NCBI GenBank assembly: GCA_965223155.1
Contig: CBDCVR010000015.1
Location: 1,088,001 to 1,152,000 of the forward strand
Length of the DNA stretch: 64,000 nt
Source of the DNA: Candidatus Multivoradales bacterium
GTDB taxonomy: Bacteria; Acidobacteriota; Thermoanaerobaculia; Multivoradales; JAHEKO01
Direction: 5' to 3'
The notes beneath the pieces were generated by a model. The model did not search any database. It worked only from the letters and a program-made list of their open reading frames with translations, and was not told the DNA's origin. Shown here one piece after another: positions 1 to 9,991 of the stretch (positions are counted from its first letter, which is position 1; every line of letters begins with the position of its first letter). A program made the translations under genes and the position numbers.

Positions 1-289
1 TTCCTTCGAGCCCGATTTCGTGGTCGATGTGACCGCTTCGTGGGACCGGAAGATGGCGGCTCTCGAATGCTACGAGAGCCAGCTTCACGTTCGCGACCGG
101 TCTTCCGAGTCGGGGCCAAACCCAGAGCCGGGAACCAAGGTTTCCTCGCCGGCCTACCGGCGCGCGGTCGAAGGACGCGCGCGGCACTTCGGTCTGCTCG
201 TGGGCGCCGAGCTGGGCGAGCCCTTCGCCAGCCGGTTGCCCCTGGCGGTCGAGGATCCGCTCGGCCTCTTGCCAGGAAGGCTGCGCTGA
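1..289 (+). CDS. bshB1: Bacillithiol biosynthesis deacetylase BshB1 (PIG-L family), 5'-truncated by window edge
   Basis: C-terminal pattern FEPDFVVDVT..WDRKMAALECYESQ...GRARHFG..VGAELGEPF; directly upstream of bshA. Confidence 0.8.
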   Translation, partial: SFEPDFVVDVTASWDRKMAALECYESQLHVRDRSSESGPNPEPGTKVSSPAYRRAVEGRARHFGLLVGAELGEPFASRLPLAVEDPLGLLPGRLR

Positions 290-295
290 GGGTCG

Positions 296-1420
296 ATGGC
301 GATGAAGATCGGGATCAGTTGCTATCCGACCTTCGGCGGCTCCGGCGTCGTCGCCACCGAGCTGGCGATGGCGCTCGCCAAGAGCGGCGACGAAGTCCAC
401 GTCATCAGTTACGCGCTGCCGTTCCGGCTCGAGCGAACCGACTCCCGCCTCACGTTCCACGAGGTGGTGGTGCCGCACTATCCGCTCTTTGACTACCCGC
501 CCTATTCTCTGGCGCTCGCCACCAAGATCGTCGAAGTGGCCCGGAATCACGAGCTGGACTTGATTCACGTCCACTATGCCGTGCCCAACGCGGTCTCGGC
601 GGTCCTGGCCCGCGAGATCCTGGCGCCCCAGCCGCTCAAGGTCGTCACCACGCTCCACGGCACGGACATCACCCTGGTCGGCAACGACCCGAACTATCTC
701 GAGACGACCCGCTTCGGGATCGAGCAGAGCGATGCGGTAACGGCGGTTTCTGAGGCTCTGCGCAACGCCACGGCCGAGCAGCTCGGTGTTCAGAACGACA
801 TCGAGGTGGTGGCCAATTTCATCGAGCCCGAGCGCTACGAGCTAGCGCTCGCAGGCGGCGGCGCCCGGCGCTGGGCCCGAGCCGACGAGAGACTTCTCGT
901 CCATGTTTCGAACTTTCGGCCGGTCAAGCGCGTCCTCGATGTGGTCGAGACCTTCGAGAAGGTGCGCCAGGAGATCGACGCCCGGCTGCTCCTGGTCGGC
1001 GACGGCCCGGACCGGGCCAAGGTGGAGCGCTACTGCCGTGAGTGCGGCATCTGCAGCGACATCACGTTTGTCGGTAGCGTGCCGGCGATCGAAGAGGTGC
1101 TGGTGGGCGCCGATCTCTTTCTCTTGCCCTCCGAGACCGAGTCGTTCGGCCTGGCCGCCCTCGAGGCGCTGTCGTGTAAGGTGCCGGTCCTTGCCACCGC
1201 GGTCGGCGGCCTGCCCGAGGTCGTGGACCACGGCGAGACCGGGTTCCTGTTCGAAGTGGGCGACACCGAGGCCATGGCGAAGGCCGCGGTGACGCTCTTG
1301 TCCGATCCCGAACTTCGCTCCGAGTTCGGTGAGCGAGGTCGCGCGCGCGCGCTCGAGCGTTTCCGGGAGGATCGGATCGTGGCACGCTACCGGCGGGTTT
1401 ACTCGCGCGTCCTGGGCTGA
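296..1420 (+). CDS. bshA: N-acetyl-alpha-D-glucosaminyl L-malate synthase BshA (GT4)
   Basis: [59 protein letters not shown] motifs. Confidence 0.93.
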   Translation: MAMKIGISCYPTFGGSGVVATELAMALAKSGDEVHVISYALPFRLERTDSRLTFHEVVVPHYPLFDYPPYSLALATKIVEVARNHELDLIHVHYAVPNAVSAVLAREILAPQPLKVVTTLHGTDITLVGNDPNYLETTRFGIEQSDAVTAVSEALRNATAEQLGVQNDIEVVANFIEPERYELALAGGGARRWARADERLLVHVSNFRPVKRVLDVVETFEKVRQEIDARLLLVGDGPDRAKVERYCRECGICSDITFVGSVPAIEEVLVGADLFLLPSETESFGLAALEALSCKVPVLATAVGGLPEVVDHGETGFLFEVGDTEAMAKAAVTLLSDPELRSEFGERGRARALERFREDRIVARYRRVYSRVLG

Positions 1421-1496
1421 GCGCCCGGAGGCGGCTGGAGGCGCCCATAGGCGAATGCAGCGTGCGGCCGCCGGTGCTGGCTCGAAAGCGGCTGGG

Positions 1497-3758
1497 CTAC
1501 TGGAGATACCCGAGCGCGCGCAGGCTCTCGCGAGTGGCGTCATCCATCTCGTCTAAGGCTTCCCCGGCCTCCAGCCGGGTGCCGACCTCGATCCAGGCGG
1601 CCAGCTGCTGGCGCAGCCAGTCGGTCTCGAGCTCGGTCTCGCCGGCCAGGTTGACGCGCTCGGCTGGGTCGGAGACGAGGTCGAAGGTGTACTCGACGTC
1701 CCAGCCGCGGCCCAGGCCCTGTCCCATGCCCCAGCGCGAGCCTCCGCGGCTGCTGCCCCGGGGCGCGTAAACGACCTTGTAGCGTTCCGAGCGAGCCATG
1801 AAGATGCCGCCCTTGATAGCCGAGGCCGAGGCGAAGAGAACCTCCTTGGGAGTGGCGGTCTCGGCCCGGTCGAGGAGATAGGGCCAGAGCGAGGAACCCC
1901 CGGCCTGCGCCGGCTCCGCGCCGCTGCCGCGAGCAAGCTCGGCCAGGGTCGCGTGGAGATCCACGTTGTCGGTCAAAGCGTCGATCTTGGCCGCGGGAAT
2001 CGTCTCCGGCCACCAGGCGACCAGCGGAATCTTCAGCATCTCGTCGTAGAGGGTGTAGCCGTGGAGGACGCCGCCGTGCTCGAAGAGCTCCTCGCCGTGG
2101 TCCGAGGTCACCAGCAGCAGCACCTCATCCGGGTCGTAGCGCTCCAGAACCGCCTCCAGGAACCGGTCGAGGTGAGCGTCGTTGTAGGCGACGCTCGCGG
2201 CGTAAAGCCCCTTGAGGCGTTCGCGGTCGGCGTCGTCGAGCAAGACGCGTTGCGCGCGGATGCTTTGGAGCATGCCGGTCGAGCCGTTGATGGTCGAGCC
2301 GTTGTCGGGGACGAAGCGGCCGCGAAACGGCTCGGGCGGGTTGTACGGGTTGTGGGGATGGATGGTTTGGATGTGGACGAAGGCCCGGTCCGAAGCGTCG
2401 ATCTGGTCGAGCCACTCGAGGGCGGCGTCATGGATGATCTCGGCATTGTTGTTGTAGCCGGCGGCCGCGCGCCGTTCCTGGCCGGTGTAGAGAACCTGTC
2501 CGGAGACCATCTCGTAGCCCCGGGTCATGCCACGCCAGGGTGAGACGTTGCCGTTGCCGGAGAAGAGGCTGGTGCGGAAGCCGGCGTCTCGGAACATCTC
2601 GGCCAGGGTGGGACCGCTGGCGGCGGTGAGCTTGTCCCCGCCTTTGAGCAGAAACTTCTGGCCGCTCAGCAGGCTCTTCATCGACGGCACCGTGTTGGGG
2701 GCGACGCTCCAATGGTTGGCGAAGGTCACGCCCTCGGCGGCGAGCCGGTCCAGGGTCGGCGAGACCCCGGCCGGGCCGCCCAGGTGCTCGAGATAGTCGG
2801 CGCGAAGCGCGTCCATGATGTAGAGGACCACGAGCTTGGGCGCTTTGGGCGCGCGGGCCGGCTCCGGGGCGTCCGCCTCCGAACCGTTGAGAGTGAGATC
2901 GCGCCATTGGGCCGGCGGTCCTTCGCCCTCGGCTACGAAGCGGAAGCGCGCGTAGTGGTCGTCGTCGTCCTCGGGGTCGATTCCCAGCTCGCGGCCGAAC
3001 TCGACGGCGAAGGGAATCTCTCGAGCTGGATCCTCGCCCTGAGTCCAGGCCGCAAGCTCGCGCCGCTCGTTCTGGGTCTCGAGCTCGAGGCGGAATCGCT
3101 GGCCGGTCCGAGCGCCCGAGGGCGGCCGGAGGGTGCCCGAGAATCGGTCGGCCCCATCTAGCTTGCGGACGACCTCGGCGGTCGCCCAGCCGGAGTGGAC
3201 GAGGTCCGAGCCGTTGACCTGAACGGTTCCGGCGGGCAGCGCATCGGAAAAGTCGAGCCCCCGCAGGCTCATGGCGCTGTCCGGTCCCATGCGCAGGTCC
3301 AGCGTGAAGCGGCCGGTCTCCAGGTTCTTGGGAATCGGAATCCGGACCTTAGTGGTCAGGGGCAGGGTGCGCCACTGGCGGTCGGCGATCCGGACGTCCA
3401 CGGTCCCGCCCGCCTCCGGCTTGGTGACGCTACGCACCACCAACCGGCGCTGGCGGGAGTTGAGATGGACTCCGGCGAGGCGCGAGAAGTTCCCGACCGT
3501 GGTCATTTGCGGCTCGCCCCGGTTGACGTGATCCCACCAGCCCTGGACCAGCCGGTTGGCGGCGCCGGAGGCGGGCAGGGACACGGCCGGTTCCTCGACC
3601 AGGACCAGCGGCGGGTGGAGCGAGTCGAAGAGCGGTGTCGCAACCTCGGTCGGGCCCGAGCAGGCGGTGCTTGCTGCCATGACGAGGACGCCGGCGAGCG
3701 CAGAAACCGGCCGTACGCGGCGAATCCGGGACACGGCTCGGAGTCGAGGGGTCGTCAT
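1497..3758 (-). CDS. Sulfatase-like hydrolase/transferase (alkaline phosphatase superfamily), probable lipoprotein with N-terminal accessory domains
   Basis: MDALRAD, NTVPS, HPHNPY, SDHGEE, HGYTLY, LRALGYLQ C-terminus; lipobox-like ASTAC. Confidence 0.8.
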   Translation of the reverse strand: MTTPRLRAVSRIRRVRPVSALAGVLVMAASTACSGPTEVATPLFDSLHPPLVLVEEPAVSLPASGAANRLVQGWWDHVNRGEPQMTTVGNFSRLAGVHLNSRQRRLVVRSVTKPEAGGTVDVRIADRQWRTLPLTTKVRIPIPKNLETGRFTLDLRMGPDSAMSLRGLDFSDALPAGTVQVNGSDLVHSGWATAEVVRKLDGADRFSGTLRPPSGARTGQRFRLELETQNERRELAAWTQGEDPAREIPFAVEFGRELGIDPEDDDDHYARFRFVAEGEGPPAQWRDLTLNGSEADAPEPARAPKAPKLVVLYIMDALRADYLEHLGGPAGVSPTLDRLAAEGVTFANHWSVAPNTVPSMKSLLSGQKFLLKGGDKLTAASGPTLAEMFRDAGFRTSLFSGNGNVSPWRGMTRGYEMVSGQVLYTGQERRAAAGYNNNAEIIHDAALEWLDQIDASDRAFVHIQTIHPHNPYNPPEPFRGRFVPDNGSTINGSTGMLQSIRAQRVLLDDADRERLKGLYAASVAYNDAHLDRFLEAVLERYDPDEVLLLVTSDHGEELFEHGGVLHGYTLYDEMLKIPLVAWWPETIPAAKIDALTDNVDLHATLAELARGSGAEPAQAGGSSLWPYLLDRAETATPKEVLFASASAIKGGIFMARSERYKVVYAPRGSSRGGSRWGMGQGLGRGWDVEYTFDLVSDPAERVNLAGETELETDWLRQQLAAWIEVGTRLEAGEALDEMDDATRESLRALGYLQ

Positions 3759-4059
3759 GGCAGCCGAGACGATATCGCAGAGTCGGGAGAATTCGGGACC
3801 GGTCCGAGGCCGGGTCTGGTCCGGTTGGGTTCGACGCGACTCGGATCGGTCCCGAGTTTCCCTGATTCGAAAAATGGGAGGGGCCAGAGCCGGTCGGGAC
3901 GGAGTTTGTCAGGACGGAGCCAGGCAGGGCCGAATGCCGGGCAGGCCGCCCTGGCGGACACTGGATCCCCCGCTAGTTGCCAGGCGAGCGGCGAGTCCGG
4001 TTAGACATCCGGCCGGTCTCTCGTTAGACTCCTTGAAAGCTTGTTCTAGGAGAGTTCGT

Positions 4060-4461
4060 ATGAGTGAAGCCGAGAACCCCCAGGAGAATCCCCAGTCTGA
4101 AGCGCAAGCCGACTCCGGCGCGAGCAGTGGTTCGGGGAACGCCTCCTCGAACCGTGGCTTGATGATCGCCCTGTCCTATCTCTGGCTGCTGGCCCTGGTG
4201 CCGCTGCTGGTGGAGAAGGACGACGCCGAGGTGCAGTGGCACGCGAAGCACGGCCTGACGCTCTTGGTGGCCGAGGTTCTGCTGTGGCTCGTTTTTGCGG
4301 TGCTCAGCATGGTTCTCGGTCCGCTGGCGTGCGCGCTTGCCTTGATCCAGATGGTTCTGTTCCTGGGCATCGTCGTGGTTCACATCATCTGCATCGTCAA
4401 GGGCGTCAACGGGGAGCGCTTCCTGATCCCGGGCGTCAGCCAGTACGCGGAGAAGTTCTGA
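4060..4461 (+). CDS. Small membrane protein, DUF4870-like
   Basis: ATG after AGGAG; ALSYLWLLALVP..EKDD..VQWHAKHG pattern, three hydrophobic segments. Confidence 0.7.
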   Translation: MSEAENPQENPQSEAQADSGASSGSGNASSNRGLMIALSYLWLLALVPLLVEKDDAEVQWHAKHGLTLLVAEVLLWLVFAVLSMVLGPLACALALIQMVLFLGIVVVHIICIVKGVNGERFLIPGVSQYAEKF

Positions 4462-4748
4462 TGAATGAAACGGCAGCGGCCGCGCAGTCCAGCAACAAGC
4501 CGATCATCTCGCTCGTCCTGGGTATCCTGGGCATCCTGTGCTGCGGGTTCCTGGCGCCGATCGCCTGGTACCTGGGCGCGCAAGAGATCAAGGCGATCCA
4601 GGCCGGCCTGTCGCCGTCTTCAGGTGAAGGCCTGGCCAAGGCGGGCATGATCCTGGGCATCATCGGCTCGGTGATCTTCATCTTGACCTTGATGTGGCTC
4701 TTCTTCGCCGGCGGCATGGCGGTGTTTCAGGGCGCTCTGGGGCGTTGA
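4461..4748 (+). CDS. DUF4190-family membrane protein
   Basis: TGATG overlap with upstream gene; SLVLGILGILCC..G.GLAKAGMILGIIG pattern. Confidence 0.75.
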   Translation: MNETAAAAQSSNKPIISLVLGILGILCCGFLAPIAWYLGAQEIKAIQAGLSPSSGEGLAKAGMILGIIGSVIFILTLMWLFFAGGMAVFQGALGR

Positions 4749-5185
4749 CCGAGCCCCAGAGGCGTCCGGCGGTAGCCGGGCGTCCGTGGGCCCGGCCCTC
4801 ACTGGCGTGGTGGGCCGTTGCCGCCGGGCTCGTCGTTGCCGGCGTTCTCCTGGCGACGCTCCGGGCCAGTCTCGAAAGCGCCGCCGGGGCGACGAACCTC
4901 TGTCTGTTTCGCGCTCTCACCGGCGTGCCCTGCCCTGGCTGTGGTCTGACTCGCGCCTTCGCCGCGCTGGCGAGCTTCGATTTCGAGGCGGCGTTTGCCT
5001 GGCATCCGCTGGCCGTGGCCCTGGCGGCGGAGCTCGCGGCGCTCTGGGCGGTCTGGGGCGCTGCCGGCGCAGAGCGAGTGCGCGCGTTCGCCGAGCGCCA
5101 CGCGCTTACCCTGGCGTTCGCCAATGTGGTTCCGTTCCTCGCGGTCTGGCTGGGGCGGGGCGCGACCGGGACCCTGCCGTTCTAG
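4745..5185 (+). CDS. DUF2752-family membrane protein
   Basis: CLFRALTGVPCPGCGLTRAF...HPL motif; TTG start overlapping upstream stop (start uncertain). Confidence 0.8.
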   Translation: MTEPQRRPAVAGRPWARPSLAWWAVAAGLVVAGVLLATLRASLESAAGATNLCLFRALTGVPCPGCGLTRAFAALASFDFEAAFAWHPLAVALAAELAALWAVWGAAGAERVRAFAERHALTLAFANVVPFLAVWLGRGATGTLPF

Positions 5186-5263
5186 GCTCTGGCCGGGATG
5201 GGGCCCGAGCTGAAGGAGTCGGTGGGGCCAGTGAGTCGATGGGGTAGACAGGCAGATGGGCCG

Positions 5264-5626
5264 ATGGGACCAACTAGGCTGACCAAGGCGCGGGCGCGCC
5301 GACTCGGCTGCCTCGCCATCTTGGCGCTCGCCGCCGGCCTGGATCTGGCACAGGCGCCGGAGCGCCAGGTGACGGCTGCGGTCCTGGTCGGATCGATCGA
5401 GCTCTATCAGCACACGGTCTCGCCGCTTCTCGGTGGCCTGGGGGCGCGCTGCCGCTTCGAGCCCACGTGTTCGCACTACGGCAAGGCGGTCGTTGAGAAC
5501 CACGGCACCCTCCGAGGCTCGTACCTGGCGCTCCGGCGGGTGGCTCGTTGCGGACCCTGGACCCCGCTCGGGACCGACGATCCGCCGCCAGGAGGGGATA
5601 CCCCGTCTGCGCCTCGCCGGCCCTAG
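5264..5626 (+). CDS. yidD: Membrane protein insertion efficiency factor YidD
   Basis: YQHTVSP..CRFEPTCSHY...HGTLRG..L.LRRVARCGPW...G.DP motif; start uncertain. Confidence 0.85.
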   Translation: MGPTRLTKARARRLGCLAILALAAGLDLAQAPERQVTAAVLVGSIELYQHTVSPLLGGLGARCRFEPTCSHYGKAVVENHGTLRGSYLALRRVARCGPWTPLGTDDPPPGGDTPSAPRRP

Positions 5627-5727
5627 CAGGTCCCGGTAGCCAAGTCCGCGAGCGCTCTCCAGTTCGTGGCCGAGCCGCGCAAGCGTTCTTCGAGACAGCG
5701 CTAGCCGCGGTGCTACCATCGCCCGCC

Positions 5728-6084
5728 ATGAAGCAAGGCTCGAAGGCGTACCCGACCGAGATCCGGCGCCGCCCGGAGCGTGGGCTGCTCGAGACCGTTT
5801 GGTCGGACGGTCACCTGGCCGCCTACGACTATCGCTACCTTCGAGGTTACTGTCCCTGCGCGAGCTGCCAGGGGCACAACGTCACCGAGATTCACTTCCA
5901 CCCGCCGAATGGCCAAGTCGAGCCGCTCGGTATCGAGCCGGTGGGCAACTACGGGATTTCGATTCACTGGTCCGACCGCCACGCCACCGGCATCTACCGG
6001 TTCGATTTCTTGCGCGAGATCTGTCCCTGCGATGCCTGTGGCGGTCGAGAGTGTGGCCCCGAAGACAACGGAGAAGAAGAATGA
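5728..6084 (+). CDS. DUF971 / gamma-butyrobetaine hydroxylase-like N-terminal domain protein
   Basis: WSDGH..Y.Y.YLRGYCPCASC, PVGNYG..I.WSD.H.TGIY.F. Confidence 0.85.
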   Translation: MKQGSKAYPTEIRRRPERGLLETVWSDGHLAAYDYRYLRGYCPCASCQGHNVTEIHFHPPNGQVEPLGIEPVGNYGISIHWSDRHATGIYRFDFLREICPCDACGGRECGPEDNGEEE

Positions 6085-6701
6085 AAACGATCGTTTGTTT
6101 TTTGTGCCTCATGATGGTCGGTGTGGCGATGAGTTCCGCCCAGGAGCCCGGCGAGGGTTCGGACCCGTCATCCGAAACAGCGGAGGAGCAGGGCGCGCCG
6201 GCCCGGGTCGCGCTCGAGACCAGCAAAGGCCGGATCGTTCTCGAGCTGGATGCGGCCAAGGCGCCGCTGACGGTGGCGAGCTTTCTCGAGAACGTGGATT
6301 CAAGTTTCTACGAAGGCACTATCTTTCACCGGGTTATCCCGAACTTCATGATCCAGGGCGGCGGTTTCACCGCTACCCTCCAGCCCAAGCCGACCGAGAA
6401 GCTCCTCGAAAACGAGGCCGACAACGGCCTGGCCAACGTCCGGGGCTCGGTCGCCATGGCGCGGCGGGGCGACCCGCATAGCGCCTCGGTACAATTCTTC
6501 GTCAACATCGCCGACAACGAGTTCCTGAACCATTCCGCCAAGACGATGCAGGGTTGGGGCTACACGGTCTTCGGCCGGGTGGTCGAAGGCATGGAGGTCG
6601 TCGACGCGATCGCCGCGGTCGAGACCGCCCAGCGCGGGCCGATGGGCGACGTGCCCGTGGAGGCCGTAGTGATCGAGTCGGCGGCGCGGCTCGACCCGTA
6701 A
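6081..6701 (+). CDS. Cyclophilin-type peptidyl-prolyl cis-trans isomerase with signal peptide
   Basis: FYEGTIFHRVIPNFMIQGGG, AMAR, SASVQFFVN, GYTVFGRV; ATGA overlap with upstream gene. Confidence 0.93.
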   Translation: MKTIVCFLCLMMVGVAMSSAQEPGEGSDPSSETAEEQGAPARVALETSKGRIVLELDAAKAPLTVASFLENVDSSFYEGTIFHRVIPNFMIQGGGFTATLQPKPTEKLLENEADNGLANVRGSVAMARRGDPHSASVQFFVNIADNEFLNHSAKTMQGWGYTVFGRVVEGMEVVDAIAAVETAQRGPMGDVPVEAVVIESAARLDP

Positions 6702-6719
6702 CCGGGGTAGCCGCGCAGG

Positions 6720-7490
6720 CTACTTGCGGGTCTTCGAACGCACGAAGTCGAGGACCGCCCAGAGCACCTCGGTCTGCTCCTTGCCATGCGGGATTGAGAG
6801 ACCGCCCCAGACGTCGCGAACCGCGGTCAGGAGGTCGTAGACGTTGACGTCGCGCTTCTTCTGCAGGATGCGACGGACCGCGGCAAAGACGTCCGAGGCC
6901 GTCCACAGCGAGGGGTTCTTACCCCGGAGCTCCTCGAACGCCGCTTCGAGAGCGCCCAGCCGCCGACGCGAGAGCTCCTGGTCCTTGTAGGCGACTCGCA
7001 AACGCCCGACCGCGTGAAAGTCGTTGAACTCGACACCCTCGGGAACCTGGTGCCGTGAGATGACCTGCCAGTGCTGGGGCAAGAGCTCCGCCTTCTTGAT
7101 CTGCATCACCAGGCCGTCGAACTTGGCCAGTGGCAGGTTCTCGAAGAGCACGCCGAGGAGAGGATAGTCCTCGCCCTGGGCCCAAGCGGCGATGCCCTCG
7201 AAGTCCGGAAGCTGCCGAGGCGGCGGCTTGGGCTTGGGCGCGGGCTTGGCCGCCGCCGGCTTGGGTTTCGGTGCCGTCTGCGCTGGCTCGGCTGGGTCAG
7301 CTGGCTCGGCTGGCTCGGCTGGCGCCGCCGGCCTTGCCGCTTCGGGTTTTGGATCGCCCTCGGAACCGGCCTCGGAGACGGCCGGGGAGGCTCTCGAGGA
7401 ATCGGCTTGCGGGGCGCCGTCAGCTTCGGCCTGGGCTCCGGTCACCTCGTCGCTGGGGGAAACGGTCGAGGCGCTTTCTTCGCTGCTCAT
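6720..7490 (-). CDS. Hypothetical protein with disordered Pro/Ala/Glu-rich N-terminus and globular helical C-terminal domain
   Basis: Open frame with GC3-rich codons; PAEPAEPADPAEPAQ linker; no family recognised. Confidence 0.65.
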   Translation of the reverse strand: MSSEESASTVSPSDEVTGAQAEADGAPQADSSRASPAVSEAGSEGDPKPEAARPAAPAEPAEPADPAEPAQTAPKPKPAAAKPAPKPKPPPRQLPDFEGIAAWAQGEDYPLLGVLFENLPLAKFDGLVMQIKKAELLPQHWQVISRHQVPEGVEFNDFHAVGRLRVAYKDQELSRRRLGALEAAFEELRGKNPSLWTASDVFAAVRRILQKKRDVNVYDLLTAVRDVWGGLSIPHGKEQTEVLWAVLDFVRSKTRK

Positions 7491-7581
7491 GGGCAGCCGG
7501 ACTCTATCGCAGTCGCGAACCAGGAGGCCCCGGCGGCCGGCGTCCGCGGGCTGCGGCGCGGTCCGATCGCGTCTGCCGGAA

Positions 7582-8847
7582 CTACCGCGATCGGAGCTCC
7601 GCAAGTCGCCGTTCGAGGAATCGGCGCTCCGGAGCTTGTTCGGTGAGAGCAAGAGCCGTCTCGTAGGCGGCCTCGGCCTCGCGTTTGCGGCCCAGTCTCC
7701 GGAAGAGGTCGGCTCTGGCGGAATGGAAGAGGGGATAGCGGTCGAGCTCGCCGCCGGCTTCGATCTCGGAGAGCAGGGCGAGGCCGGCGGCGGGTCCGTC
7801 GGCCATGGCGACGGCGGCGGCTCGGTTGAGCTCGATCACCGGTGAGGGATGGGCGGCGTGCAAGAGCCCGTAGAGCGCGGCGATCTGCGCCCAGTCGGTG
7901 GCATCCGGAGTCTCCGCCTGAGCGTGAAGGGCGGCGATGGCGGCCTGGAGCGAGTAGAAGCCGTCCCGGCGGTCGCGCAGCGCGTCCTCGGCCAGGGCGA
8001 TGCCCTCAGAGATCCGCTCGGCGTCCCACAGGGCTCGGTCCTGATCCTCTAGCAGGACGAGATCTCCGCGCTCGTTCGTCCGCGCTCGGCGCCGCGCGTC
8101 GTGGAGCAGCATCAACGCCAAGAGGCCCTGGATCTCGGGCTCGCTCGGCAGCAGCCGGTCGAGAAGCCGACCCAGCCGGATTCCCTCGGTGCAGAGCTCG
8201 GCGCGGACGTGCCGATCGCCCCGGGTGGCAGCATAGCCTTCGGTGAAGACGAGGTAGACGACCCGCAGGACGGCCTCCAATCTCTCGGTGAGGTGCTCCG
8301 GGTCGGGCACGGCATACGGGATCCGGGCGTCATGGATCTTGCGCTTGGCGCGCACCAGGCGCTGGGCCATGGTCGTGGGCCGGACCAGAAAGGCGCGCGC
8401 GATCTCCTCCACCGAGAGTCCGCACAGGGTCTTCAGAGTCAACGCGGTGCGGGCTTCCGGCGCCAGGGCCGGATGGCAGCAGGTGAAGATCAGACGCAGC
8501 AGATCGTCCCCGAAGGCCTCGTTGCTCCGAGCATTGCCGGTGGGATCGCGCATCATCAGCTCTTCGGCTTGCCGGGCGATCTCGGGACGCTTGCGTTCGA
8601 GGGTGCGCCGCCGGCGCAGAAGGTCGAAGGCCTTGTTGCGGGCGGTGGCGACCAACCAGGCGGCCGGGCGTTCCGGCACGCCCTCGGACGGCCACTGGAG
8701 CCAGGCCGCCGTCAACGCGTCCTGAAGAGCGTCCTCGGCCAGGTCGAAGTCGCCCAGGATCCGGATGAGCGCGGCCAGTGCCCGCGGACGCTGCTCGCGA
8801 AAGAGGGACTCGAGGTCGGTCACGCCGGCCGGCGTGTTCCGGGACAA
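7582..8847 (-). CDS. ECF RNA polymerase sigma factor with C-terminal TPR extension (ECF42-like)
   Basis: AEDALQDA..AW..WP..GVP, DDLLRLIFTCCHPAL, YSLQAAIAALH, TDW.QIAALY; adjacent DGPF gene. Confidence 0.88.
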   Translation of the reverse strand: MSRNTPAGVTDLESLFREQRPRALAALIRILGDFDLAEDALQDALTAAWLQWPSEGVPERPAAWLVATARNKAFDLLRRRRTLERKRPEIARQAEELMMRDPTGNARSNEAFGDDLLRLIFTCCHPALAPEARTALTLKTLCGLSVEEIARAFLVRPTTMAQRLVRAKRKIHDARIPYAVPDPEHLTERLEAVLRVVYLVFTEGYAATRGDRHVRAELCTEGIRLGRLLDRLLPSEPEIQGLLALMLLHDARRRARTNERGDLVLLEDQDRALWDAERISEGIALAEDALRDRRDGFYSLQAAIAALHAQAETPDATDWAQIAALYGLLHAAHPSPVIELNRAAAVAMADGPAAGLALLSEIEAGGELDRYPLFHSARADLFRRLGRKREAEAAYETALALTEQAPERRFLERRLAELRSR

Positions 8848-8865
8848 GTTTGTCGGAGCGTTAGC

Positions 8866-9225
8866 TCACTCCGGAGCCGGAGTCGGCAGGATTGGCCGGA
8901 TCTCGACCGAACCCGTGCGCGCGGTCGGGATGCGCTCGGCGATCGCCGTCGCCTGATCCAGGTCTTCGGCCTCGATCAGGTAGTAGCCTCCCAGTTGCTC
9001 GCGAGTCTCGGCGAACGGTCCATCCGTGGTGAGCGTCTTGCCCTCGCGTACGCGCACCGTGGTGGCGCTGGCCACCGGCATCAGCGCTTCGCCTCCGACG
9101 TAGCGACCCTCGGCGTGGATGCCCTGAGTAAACGCCATGTATTCGTTGAAGATCTGGCCCTGCTCGGCCTCGGAGAGCTCGTCCCAGCGGGACTCGTCGC
9201 CGTAGATGAGAAGTAGGTACTGCAT
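8866..9225 (-). CDS. YciI/DGPF-family protein
   Basis: MQYLLLIY, TDGPFAETREQLGGYYLI, GSVEIRP. Confidence 0.92.
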   Translation of the reverse strand: MQYLLLIYGDESRWDELSEAEQGQIFNEYMAFTQGIHAEGRYVGGEALMPVASATTVRVREGKTLTTDGPFAETREQLGGYYLIEAEDLDQATAIAERIPTARTGSVEIRPILPTPAPE

Positions 9226-9230
9226 CGTCG

Positions 9231-9833
9231 CTACCGGCTCTCGCCTTGGGCGCTGTCGTGGTCCTTGCCTTTGTCCTCGGCGTTGGCCTCAGCGGCGCGC
9301 CGGGTGTGCATTCCGACTACCAGAACCGGCTCGCCGTCGGCGTGCTCGGTCCACTGGCTGCGGAGCTCGTCGGGACCGACGATCTCGAGCCAGGCGGAGT
9401 GCATATGACGATCCCGCGCCGGATCGGCGATGTTGTCGCCGCCTTCGAAAGCGAACTCGATCTTGGGTCCGGACGGACTGGTGGCCCGCATCCTGGGCTG
9501 ATTGCCGGACATGCAGTAGTGGGTCAGAACGAGGTCGTCCCCGTCCCGGGTGTAGACGGTGAGCATCTCGTGCGGCGTGCCAGGGAAATTGGTTTCGACG
9601 ACCGCGTGCCCGGAGGCGGTGACCCGGAAACTCGAAACCAGATCCCCTTGCTTGACCATGTCGCCATCGGCGACGGCGTGCCAGTTGCCCTCGAGGGCGC
9701 GGAGGCTCGCCAGCGGGTCGTCGTCGCCGGCCCAAGTCGGTGCCGCCGCCACGAGCGCGACGGCGAGGGTCGTGCGGGCCAACCGGGCGGCCGGTGTCTT
9801 CAAGGCTCTAGCAAATCCGTTCATGAAGGTCAT
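9231..9833 (-). CDS. Secreted hypothetical beta-barrel-like protein
   Basis: AAGGAG RBS, signal peptide, L.G.W, HEMLTVY, LTHYCMSGNQPRM motif; co-oriented with DGPF/ECF pair. Confidence 0.7.
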   Translation of the reverse strand: MTFMNGFARALKTPAARLARTTLAVALVAAAPTWAGDDDPLASLRALEGNWHAVADGDMVKQGDLVSSFRVTASGHAVVETNFPGTPHEMLTVYTRDGDDLVLTHYCMSGNQPRMRATSPSGPKIEFAFEGGDNIADPARDRHMHSAWLEIVGPDELRSQWTEHADGEPVLVVGMHTRRAAEANAEDKGKDHDSAQGESR

Positions 9834-9991
9834 GAGGGCTCCTTTTCGTTGCGGGCACGGAACTGTGCCCTCAGCTAGAAGTCGATCGAGGGTACGAAAA
9901 ATCGACAATTCGAGGAAAACTTCTTGCGGAGCCAAGCTCCGGCTGTCCGACGGGGCGGAGATGCAAAGGTCTCCAGGAGCAAGGAAAGAGA

